A stretch of DNA of 64,000 bases from IMG/VR virus record IMGVR_UViG_3300045988_167732, positions 64,001 through 128,000 of that record; one strand, 5' to 3'. The notes beneath the pieces are model-generated. The model had not been told where the DNA came from. It ran no database searches and saw only the letters and a list, made by a program, of their open reading frames with translations. Every line of letters begins with the position of its first letter. Positions within the stretch are counted from its first letter, which is position 1. Below are positions 1-7,422 of this stretch, one piece after another. This DNA comes from a virus. The position numbers and the translations under genes are program-made.

Positions 1-192
1 TTATATTTTTAATAAATGTTATAGTTTGATTATCGACAATGACAATCACTAACGCAAAAATAAAAGAAAACAAGATAGAATAAAAGTGAAATTTTATCGT
101 ATTAATTTTTATTAAAAAATTAACAATTTTCCTTGTTTTTTACTAAAAAAGTTGCAAAAACAGGGTGAAAAAGCAATTAAGGAGTAATTAAA

Positions 193-399
193 ATGTCTAA
201 TAATAATAGTTGTATGTTTAAGTGTAAGAAGAAGAACTCAATTGATGGAAAGATTTATCGTGTATATCAGATTATGCCTCTTCCTAATCAGTTTGGTGCT
301 CTTGGCCTTGTGGGTATTATGTATTGTGAGCAGGATAAGAAGTTTGACGCTAATGATTTGAGCCAGTTTGAAATTATTGAAGAGATTTCCCTTCAGTAA
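193..399 (+). CDS. hypothetical small protein (68 aa)
   Basis: ORF track; AAGGAG 8 nt upstream of ATG. Confidence 0.6.
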   Translation: MSNNNSCMFKCKKKNSIDGKIYRVYQIMPLPNQFGALGLVGIMYCEQDKKFDANDLSQFEIIEEISLQ

Positions 400-436
400 T
401 TAAATCAAAAAACTAACGAAATAATTTAATAAACAC

Positions 437-465
437 TTGACATTTACCTCTCCTTATGATATTCT
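437..465 (+). promoter_or_regulatory. sigma70-type promoter
   Basis: TTGACA 437-442, 17-nt spacer, TGaTATTCT extended -10 at 457-465; the spacer carries an anti-SD arm. Confidence 0.6.
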
Positions 466-496
466 TTTATTAGAAAAAATAAGGAGAGGTGTTTTT

Positions 497-1291
497 ATGA
501 ACCTTTGCAATCAGTATAATCGTTTCGTTCGTTTTGTTGGTGATATTCTCATTACTGACCCTTGTTATATTATCCGTGAAGACCGTAAGATGAATTACAA
601 TACTTATCCTAAGATGGAAGATTATTATTCCAAATACAAGATTATTGGGAATGGACATAAAGGTTATCCTACTCCTGATATGTACGAAGATGTTATTTAT
701 ATTGAAATGAAGAAACCTCTTCGTATCTACGACCTTCCTGAAAGTCATCGTACTCCTGAGAGAGAAGCGAAGCTTGTTGATGCTTATGAAACGTGGATTA
801 GAGGGACAAGAACAAAAGACCCTAATATTCACGTGATTCCTCTTTCTCCCACTTACGAAACTGAAAATGAAGCTTACAACAAAGCTGTAGCAAAGTGGGA
901 TTCTGAACAGGAAGATGACTGGGGAAAGTGCTGCTGCGGAGAAGCCATGGAAAAGCTTGGCCTTAATACTTTTATCGTCTGCGACACTATTTATGGTGAT
1001 TGGTCTTGCACTACTTATAATAGTTTGACTAAAGAAAAGCTTGGAGAGTTCTGTGCTGATTCTGGTCAGGTTGGTATCTTCCTTATGGATGAAGTACTTA
1101 AGTATAATCCTGACCTTGACCTTCCTAAGCATTGTGCTACTATTATTAAAAACTTTGATGGACATGTTCGTGTCAATAAAAAGAATAATGGCAAGTACAC
1201 TTATGATAGCAAAGAATATGATGATATTGTTGCAGAGGTTGAAGGTGTCAGCAATACCTTGAATTTTAAAAGTGCTCAAACTGGATTTTAA
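497..1291 (+). CDS. hypothetical protein (264 aa)
   Basis: In-frame ATG 497 preceded by AAGGAGAGG; the upstream part of ORF 437-1291 overlaps the promoter; strong CTT/CGT/AAG codon bias. Confidence 0.75.
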   Translation: MNLCNQYNRFVRFVGDILITDPCYIIREDRKMNYNTYPKMEDYYSKYKIIGNGHKGYPTPDMYEDVIYIEMKKPLRIYDLPESHRTPEREAKLVDAYETWIRGTRTKDPNIHVIPLSPTYETENEAYNKAVAKWDSEQEDDWGKCCCGEAMEKLGLNTFIVCDTIYGDWSCTTYNSLTKEKLGEFCADSGQVGIFLMDEVLKYNPDLDLPKHCATIIKNFDGHVRVNKKNNGKYTYDSKEYDDIVAEVEGVSNTLNFKSAQTGF

Positions 1292-1300
1292 GGAGATAAT

Positions 1301-1933
1301 ATGAAACAGATTAGACGAAATGTTTTTGAAACTAATAGTAGTTCAAGTCATTCTCTCGTAATTACGACTGATAATGAACATTATACCAGAGAAGAAATTA
1401 ATAAAAATTTTTATATGACTGATGGTATCGTAAGATTGTGGGAATCTTCTCTGGAATTTTATCGCTCTCCCTTTGACATGCTTGTAACTTTTAAAGATAA
1501 GCTGAGATATGCGATTGCGTCTTCTAATGGCAATCTTGTAGATGACTGTAGAGAAATCTGTAAGAAATATGTTGATGGATTCACAGATTTTGAATTTGAT
1601 ACCAAAGATTATGTTTGGGATTCAGAAGTTAAAGATTATGTAGAGACAGATGAACCCATTCCTAACTATGGTGGTACTGATGACTATCAAATTGAGGGCT
1701 GGCTTAAGTCTTATAACGTATCTCTTGAGGAATTTTTAACTAATAAAAGATATATTGTAGTTGTGGATGGCGATGAGTATAATTGCTGGTTCCATATTAA
1801 AGATTCTGGCTTGGTAGATACTTCTAAAATCATCCATGATAGTTATGCTGAAGAACAAGAAAAATGGCATAAACAATATTTAGCTCAACTGGAAAAGGAG
1901 AAAAAAGATGCAGACTTCAAACATGAAAACTAA
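1301..1933 (+). CDS. NVFETNSSS-motif family protein, paralog 1
   Basis: ORF track; SD AAGGAG; N-terminus MKQIRRNVFETNSSSSHSL shared with the 2340 and 5840 genes. Confidence 0.75.
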   Translation: MKQIRRNVFETNSSSSHSLVITTDNEHYTREEINKNFYMTDGIVRLWESSLEFYRSPFDMLVTFKDKLRYAIASSNGNLVDDCREICKKYVDGFTDFEFDTKDYVWDSEVKDYVETDEPIPNYGGTDDYQIEGWLKSYNVSLEEFLTNKRYIVVVDGDEYNCWFHIKDSGLVDTSKIIHDSYAEEQEKWHKQYLAQLEKEKKDADFKHEN

Positions 1934-2339
1934 ACACAAAATGAAGCGTTATGAATTATCTGATTATTTTCTTTCTCTGACTACAGGGGAACAAATTGAC
2001 CTTCTTACTAATACAGGGTTCAAAAAGGGGTTTTGGAGAGAACCTAAAAAGTTAAGCCATTATTGGATGACTTATCATTTTTGTCTTTTTAACTCTAAAA
2101 AAGAAAGAATTTCGTATGAATTTAGTTTTGATGTAGCGATTGACCTTTATGACCTTAAATCTTGGAATGATTTTGATAATCTTGAAGTCATTGATGATGA
2201 TTTTGGTCAACCGTACACTTCTTTTTTCAGAGCTCAAGATGATGGGCATAGTTTTCCTTTTCTTGATATGATTATTGATAAATATGAAAATCAAATGAGT
2301 AAATTAGTAGAGTCCAAAATTTTAAAAGAGGTAAATTAA
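1908..2339 (+). CDS. hypothetical protein (143 aa)
   Basis: ORF track; AAGGAG 8 nt upstream of ATG 1908; overlaps the previous gene by 26 nt. Confidence 0.65.
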   Translation: MQTSNMKTKHKMKRYELSDYFLSLTTGEQIDLLTNTGFKKGFWREPKKLSHYWMTYHFCLFNSKKERISYEFSFDVAIDLYDLKSWNDFDNLEVIDDDFGQPYTSFFRAQDDGHSFPFLDMIIDKYENQMSKLVESKILKEVN

Positions 2340-2777
2340 ATGAAGCAAATTCGTAAGAATGTATTTGAAACGAATTCTTCTTCTACTCATACACTTGCTA
2401 TTTGCACTGAAGATGAGTACAAAGATTGGCAAGATGGTAAATTGCTTTTTAACAAATGGAATGAAACTTTTGTTAAGAATTCCATTAAAATTACCAAGCA
2501 AGACCGAGAAGAAGCACAGAGACATTATAACCAATGCAAGGGTAAATATTATAAAGATTGGTTTGAACTTACAGATGCAGAAAGAGAAGAATACATTTAT
2601 AATTATATTGCCCAGCAACGCAGACAGGAAAAGAGCTTTTCTTTTGAAGAGGATGGTTTAACCTATCAAGAATTCATGCAAAATTGTAATAATGATGGTC
2701 TTGAAACTGAAACTTCTCATTACACTTCCCCTAGTGGAGACAAGCTTGTTATTACTTGTGCTTATGGATATAATTAA
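2340..2777 (+). CDS. NVFETNSSS-motif family protein, paralog 2
   Basis: N-terminus MKQIRKNVFETNSSSTHTL; SD AGAGGT. Confidence 0.75.
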   Translation: MKQIRKNVFETNSSSTHTLAICTEDEYKDWQDGKLLFNKWNETFVKNSIKITKQDREEAQRHYNQCKGKYYKDWFELTDAEREEYIYNYIAQQRRQEKSFSFEEDGLTYQEFMQNCNNDGLETETSHYTSPSGDKLVITCAYGYN

Positions 2778-2797
2778 ATAACTAGAAATTTTAATAG

Positions 2798-2830
2798 GTC
2801 AAGGAGAATATTTTTTATTAACTCCTTGAC
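2798..2830 (+). terminator. hairpin whose 3' arm overlaps the next -35
   Basis: GTCAAGGAG (2798-2806) pairs with CTCCTTGAC (2822-2830), followed by a T-rich tract. Confidence 0.5.
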
Positions 2831-2854
2831 TTATTTGTTTTTATAGGGTATAAT
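2826..2854 (+). promoter_or_regulatory. sigma70-type promoter
   Basis: TTGACT 2826-2831, 17-nt spacer, TATAAT 2849-2854. Confidence 0.65.
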
Positions 2855-2880
2855 TCAATTACTTGAAAGGAGAGATGATT

Positions 2881-3279
2881 ATGCTCGAAGGAATTAATCT
2901 TATTAGTACAACTACAATCAAAGAAATAGATTTTTGGACATTCTTGATTATAACTGCAATTGCTGGTATCCTAACGTTTTTGGGGCTTTCGCTTTTAAAA
3001 GTAAGTAAAGAAATTGAAGATAATATTGAAAATAAAACAGGAAAGAATCTTTGGAAGATTTTAAATATTGTTCTGTTTTCAGTCGCTTTTATTTTTTGTT
3101 TCATTCTTGAAGCCAAAGCTCTTAATGATTGTTTTTTCAATCCAGTTTATGATACACAATATACTATAACGATTTCTGATGAAGTTAGTTACAATGAGTT
3201 TACTAAGGAATATGAAGTTCTTGAATACAATGAAAAAGATAACACTTATGTAATTAGGGAGAAAGAAAATGTCGATTGA
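2881..3279 (+). CDS. small membrane protein, tandem family member 1
   Basis: ATG 2881 lies 8 nt after AAAGGAGAG; N-terminus MLEGINLISTTTI, hydrophobic core, C-terminus YEVLEY..YVIREKE. Confidence 0.75.
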   Translation: MLEGINLISTTTIKEIDFWTFLIITAIAGILTFLGLSLLKVSKEIEDNIENKTGKNLWKILNIVLFSVAFIFCFILEAKALNDCFFNPVYDTQYTITISDEVSYNEFTKEYEVLEYNEKDNTYVIREKENVD

Positions 3280-3655
3280 AAATAACCCAGCAGTTGAAGT
3301 ACTTAATACAGTTACAACTACAAGTAACGGAAACATGTTTGTTCTTATTGTGTCTGTTGCTATTGTTGTTGTTGGAATTGCTGGTATATGCACATTTATT
3401 GTAGATTGGGTTAAAAGAAGAGGGTCAATGGATGGATTTTGTGCTATTATTATTGCAACAATTGTTTTCTACGGGATTGCAGGATTCAATGTTTATGCAA
3501 TGAAGCATCCAGTTGAAACTATTTCTTATGAAGTTAGATTTACTGACCCTGACCATTTTTCTTTAACTGAATATGAAGAACTTGAAGAAAATTATATTGT
3601 TTCCAGAGAAGGGAAAATTTACACATTAAAAGAAAGGGTTGACAAAGATGATTGA
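3269..3655 (+). CDS. small membrane protein, tandem family member 2
   Basis: ORF track; hydrophobic segments; C-terminus YIVSREGKIYTLKER; overlaps its neighbours. Confidence 0.7.
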   Translation: MSIENNPAVEVLNTVTTTSNGNMFVLIVSVAIVVVGIAGICTFIVDWVKRRGSMDGFCAIIIATIVFYGIAGFNVYAMKHPVETISYEVRFTDPDHFSLTEYEELEENYIVSREGKIYTLKERVDKDD

Positions 3656-4007
3656 TGGTGTTAATCTAATTACTACTGAAACTATTTGTATTTCTGGTGG
3701 TTTTTTAAGTAATTTAATTCCTGCTATTATTGCAGCAATAGGTTGTATTGTTGCAATTATTGTATCAATTTCTTGGGTTAAGACAGAAGAAGCATGGGCC
3801 GCATTTTTCTTTTGTTTATCTATGAGTCTTTGTTTAGGTATTGTTTCTTTTATGTGTTTCACTGATGCCTTTAATCCAAGATATGAAGAGCGATATCTTG
3901 TCCAGTTAGATGATAAAATTTCTTCTGAATTTATTGACAAATATGATATCGTAGAACGAAAAAATGATAATGTCTATATAATTAAAGAGAGGAATACAGA
4001 TGATTGA
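3648..4007 (+). CDS. small membrane protein, tandem family member 3
   Basis: ATG 3648 in an ATGATTGA overlap; N-terminus MIDGVNLITTETI; C-terminus DIVERKNDNVYIIKER. Confidence 0.75.
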   Translation: MIDGVNLITTETICISGGFLSNLIPAIIAAIGCIVAIIVSISWVKTEEAWAAFFFCLSMSLCLGIVSFMCFTDAFNPRYEERYLVQLDDKISSEFIDKYDIVERKNDNVYIIKERNTDD

Positions 4008-4356
4008 TGGTGTTGAAATTTTAACTTCAGAACTGGTTAAAATATCTCCTGAATTTGATGGTTTAATTTTTGTGGGATTCCTTTTTTTAGTTTTTGGTTT
4101 AATATCGCTTTGGGCTTTTGGAGAAAGCTTAAAACAAAAACTAGGTTGGATACTAACTCTTATCTGTGCTTTAGGTTCTATTGGGCTTAGTTTTGTTGCT
4201 GGCAAAATGTTTAAAGATGCTTTCTTTCCAACTTATGAAGAAAGATACATGGTACAATTAAAAAAAGAAGTTCCTTTAGATTTTATAAAGAATTATGAAA
4301 TTCTTGAAGATAAAGGAAATGACATTTATATCGTTAGAGAGAAAGGAAAAGATTAA
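4000..4356 (+). CDS. small membrane protein, tandem family member 4
   Basis: Same ATGATTGA junction; N-terminus MIDGVEILTSELV; C-terminus YEILEDKGNDIYIVREK. Confidence 0.75.
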   Translation: MIDGVEILTSELVKISPEFDGLIFVGFLFLVFGLISLWAFGESLKQKLGWILTLICALGSIGLSFVAGKMFKDAFFPTYEERYMVQLKKEVPLDFIKNYEILEDKGNDIYIVREKGKD

Positions 4357-4357
4357 A

Positions 4358-4477
4358 ATGAAATTTACTGAGGAACAGATTGAGTTCATCGGGCATTGTA
4401 TTGATAATACCAGCATTGAACTTTATCCGAGTGAATGGGAAGAGCTTAAAAAAGAATTGAGAAAGGGAAACGAATAA
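4358..4477 (+). CDS. hypothetical small protein (39 aa)
   Basis: ATG 4358 directly after the TAA of the previous gene; in frame with ORF 4295-4477. Confidence 0.5.
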   Translation: MKFTEEQIEFIGHCIDNTSIELYPSEWEELKKELRKGNE

Positions 4478-4479
4478 AA

Positions 4480-4650
4480 ATGAAGATTTATTGTGCATAT
4501 GACCACCTGAATTGTGAGTCTGCTCCAAAGTCTCAGGAAGAGGTTCATGCTTGTGAATATTATGGTTCTTACCTTTGTAATGCTTGTCCCTCTCGTTATG
4601 ATGGTGATAAGGTAAAGAAGTATATGGAGGACAATCCTCGTGAACACTAA
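4480..4650 (+). CDS. Cys-rich small protein (56 aa)
   Basis: Hand-translated MKIYCAYDHLNCES...CNACPSRYDG; below the ORF-track size cutoff; fills the gap exactly. Confidence 0.5.
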   Translation: MKIYCAYDHLNCESAPKSQEEVHACEYYGSYLCNACPSRYDGDKVKKYMEDNPREH

Positions 4651-4897
4651 TGGAGTTAAACTGTATAATGAACGTGTAACGAAAGAATTCCTTAAGTATC
4701 GTAAGGTTCATCGTATTTATTGCAGTAATTGTGATGTTGAAATGAAGCTGGGAGAAATGGCTTATGCTACTTATCCGCCCCTTTATGAGTATGTATGTCC
4801 TAAGTGTAATCACAAAATGACTTCTTCTGTTTTTTATCCTGCAATTGAAGAAGTTTGGGAAAATGAAGATGATATGAGAAGAGAGGTAATGGACTAA
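4640..4897 (+). CDS. zinc-ribbon protein (85 aa)
   Basis: GTG start 8 nt after GGAGG; CSNC...CPKC pairs. Confidence 0.6.
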   Translation: MNTNGVKLYNERVTKEFLKYRKVHRIYCSNCDVEMKLGEMAYATYPPLYEYVCPKCNHKMTSSVFYPAIEEVWENEDDMRREVMD

Positions 4898-5856
4898 TGA
4901 GCAATATTAAGACTTATCAGAATGGCAACTATGTCGTGACCATCGACTTGGATAGCGGAACCAAGACTCGTGAAAATGATTTGGATTTTTTCAAGGCTGA
5001 TTTTCCAGAGTGTTGTGATTATAAAATTACTAACAATTGCGCACAGGGTTGTAGTTTTTGTCATGAGAACAGCACTCCAAATGGCAAACATGGTGATATT
5101 CTTGGGAAACAGGGTATTAAGGTTCTTGAAAGCTTCCATGAATACACAGAGCTTGCAATCGGAGGTGGAGACCCCCTTTCCCATCCTGATTTAATTCCCT
5201 TCCTTCGCAAGTGTAAGGAATTGAATCTTATTCCTAACATGACTGTTCATCAGTTCGCCTTTATGAAGAATCAGGAGCTTATTGAACAGCTTGTTAATGA
5301 AAAGCTCATCTATGGTATTGGTGTCTCTCTTGTTGACCCTCTTCAGCCGCAGTTTCTTAAGACTATTTCTAAGTATCCTAATCTTGTTCTCCATGTCATT
5401 AATGGTATTGTGACGATGGATACTCTTCGTGCTCTTAAGAATCGTGGTCTTAAAATTCTTATTCTTGGCTACAAGACAGTTCGTCGTGGTGAAGAGTATG
5501 TTAAGGAAGATTGGGCTAAAGAACTTGTAGCAAATAAGCAGAAGGCAATCTATGATAATCTTGGTCGTATGATTGATGAGAAGTGGTTCTCTGTTATTAG
5601 TTTTGACAATCTTGCTATTAAACAGCTTGAACCTAAGCGTCTTATGTCTGAGGAAGATTGGAATACTATGTATATGGGCGAAGATTATGGTAATATGTCC
5701 AGTGCTTCTATGTATATTGATGGAGTTGAAATGCAGTACGCAAGAAATTCTTGTGATGTAATTCATCGTTATGATGTTGGCAATAAGACGGTTACTGAAA
5801 TGTATCAGTTCTTGAGAGATTTGAATGGAGAAAACAATAATGAAACAAATTCGTAA
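4897..5856 (+). CDS. radical SAM enzyme
   Basis: CAQGCSFC (CxxxCxxC) cluster motif followed by a GGGDPL SAM-binding-like motif. Confidence 0.8.
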   Translation: MSNIKTYQNGNYVVTIDLDSGTKTRENDLDFFKADFPECCDYKITNNCAQGCSFCHENSTPNGKHGDILGKQGIKVLESFHEYTELAIGGGDPLSHPDLIPFLRKCKELNLIPNMTVHQFAFMKNQELIEQLVNEKLIYGIGVSLVDPLQPQFLKTISKYPNLVLHVINGIVTMDTLRALKNRGLKILILGYKTVRRGEEYVKEDWAKELVANKQKAIYDNLGRMIDEKWFSVISFDNLAIKQLEPKRLMSEEDWNTMYMGEDYGNMSSASMYIDGVEMQYARNSCDVIHRYDVGNKTVTEMYQFLRDLNGENNNETNS

Positions 5857-6424
5857 AAACGTATTTGAAACAAATTCAAGTTCTTGTCACTCTCTTGTTA
5901 TTTCAAAAGATGATTATGGTCCCAAACATATTCCAGCTTATTTAAATTTTAATGCAGATGAAGATTATGGTTGGGACACACGTTGCTACTCTTCCACAGA
6001 AGATAAGGCTTCTTATCTTTACACTGCCATGCTTAACTGTGATATGTTTGCTCAAGCGAAAGATTTTAAGCGTAAACTTGAAGAAGATTTTAAGATTAAA
6101 ATTTTTGTTCCAGCCTATAAAAGAGAAAAAAGTAAATATGGTGGTTGGGAATTTTGGGATAATGGCGGTTCTGTAGACCATGCAGGAGAACTTGTTCCTT
6201 TCATTAATGAAATTCTTGAAGATGATGACAAGTTAAAGCGTTTTCTTTTTGACCCAAGAAGTTGTATTTATACTGGCAATGATAATGGTTGCGACCCTGA
6301 TGATAATTGTTATGTTGCTGATGTAGATGAAAACGGCGAATATTACGATTGGCGCACTGAAAAAAATGTTAAACATCCTCTTTGGGATGGAGAGCATTAT
6401 GAATATTACTTTAAGGGGAATTAA
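5840..6424 (+). CDS. NVFETNSSS-motif family protein, paralog 3
   Basis: ATG 5840 gives MKQIRKNVFETNSSSCHSL; GGAG 9 nt upstream; overlaps the end of the radical SAM gene. Confidence 0.75.
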   Translation: MKQIRKNVFETNSSSCHSLVISKDDYGPKHIPAYLNFNADEDYGWDTRCYSSTEDKASYLYTAMLNCDMFAQAKDFKRKLEEDFKIKIFVPAYKREKSKYGGWEFWDNGGSVDHAGELVPFINEILEDDDKLKRFLFDPRSCIYTGNDNGCDPDDNCYVADVDENGEYYDWRTEKNVKHPLWDGEHYEYYFKGN

Positions 6425-6426
6425 TA

Positions 6427-6801
6427 ATGAATAACACAGGAGATTATTGTCCAGTTAAAGGATATTGTAATGAAAAAGGCATTTTATGCGAATATGCCAA
6501 TATTAGAGGATATTGTGGCTTAACTGCATGTTTAAAACACAACCTCTATCAGTTGAATAACACATCTGATTTTAGTTTAAATTTTTCTCGTTCTGAAGAA
6601 TCTAAGATGTTTATTAAACTTGAGCCAAAAGAATTTAACATGCAGAAAAATTTTGATGATACAGTTAATTTAAATTTTACTCTGCCTATTGTAAATCAGG
6701 ATTCTAATGAAGAAACTGGTACTTTAAAAGTAAAAATTCCTCGTGCTAAATATGAATTCGAGAAAGGTGGAATTAAAATTTTTCTCTTAAAATCTGAGTA
6801 A
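6427..6801 (+). CDS. hypothetical protein with a Cys-rich N-terminus
   Basis: ORF track; SD AAGGGG; six Cys in the first 40 aa. Confidence 0.65.
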   Translation: MNNTGDYCPVKGYCNEKGILCEYANIRGYCGLTACLKHNLYQLNNTSDFSLNFSRSEESKMFIKLEPKEFNMQKNFDDTVNLNFTLPIVNQDSNEETGTLKVKIPRAKYEFEKGGIKIFLLKSE

Positions 6802-6802
6802 A

Positions 6803-6830
6803 GGGTATAACTGGGTATAAAAGGGTATAA
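6803..6830 (+). repeat. three GGGTATAA boxes at 10-nt phasing
   Basis: GGGTATAA at 6803, 6813 and 6823, ending 2 nt before ATG 6833. Confidence 0.8.
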
Positions 6831-6832
6831 TT

Positions 6833-7303
6833 ATGGTTGATATTAAGTGGCTTTAGACTCAAGAAGGATAGAAAGCTTATTAGACTTGGATAAGAAAATT
6901 AGCAAATCGAGCAGAAGATAGAACAGATATTCCAATTTTAGTAGACACTAACGGAGAAATTTAGGTTTGGGTAACAATAAATAAAAAATACCTATCTAAA
7001 GAACAATTTGAAAAACTCGCTGATAAATCTGATGGTGAAGTTACTACAAAATTAGAATTTAAAACAAAAGATATTATTATAAGAGAGCTTATTTCTATTG
7101 CAAAAAGCAGAGATGCTTTAGCGGATAATGACGATGAAAGAGAACTTTTATGTCCCCTTGTTTCATTGTTTTAGGGAATAGAAGATGCTATTACTAATGA
7201 TATTTGCTATAAAGCTCAAAATGCTAAACAGCTTTTTATAAACAACTTTGAAAAAAATTTAGGAAAAGATGAAAATAATTCTAATAACCTCTTGACAAAT
7301 TAA
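6833..7303 (+). CDS. hypothetical protein (156 aa) with five in-frame TAG codons
   Basis: Hand translation: no TAA/TGA for 157 codons, five TAGs (first at 6854), ends at TAA 7301-7303; absent from the ORF track. Confidence 0.7.
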
Positions 7304-7320
7304 GATACATCTGTTATAGT
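7292..7320 (+). promoter_or_regulatory. sigma70-type promoter
   Basis: TTGACA 7292-7297, 17-nt spacer, TGTTATAGT. Confidence 0.65.
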
Positions 7321-7422
7321 ATCTATTGTCATAAGTAGTTAGACTCTCACAGCAAACTACAAAAAACTTTTATTTTGAAAAAAGGACAAAAAGAGTCTAG
7401 TCCTTTAGAAAAGGAGAAAATT

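Noticed and set aside
470-1279. 269-aa ORF on the - strand
   Set aside because: It is antisense to the SD-linked 497-1291 gene within a uniformly + strand block, and its sequence is low-complexity. It is a shadow ORF.
4897-5856. Assigning the radical SAM enzyme to QueE, viperin-like or RiPP maturase classes
   Set aside because: Only the generic CxxxCxxC and GGxxP motifs are visible. No queC, queD, folE or dpdA partners and no clear precursor peptide are present, so any specific class would be a guess.
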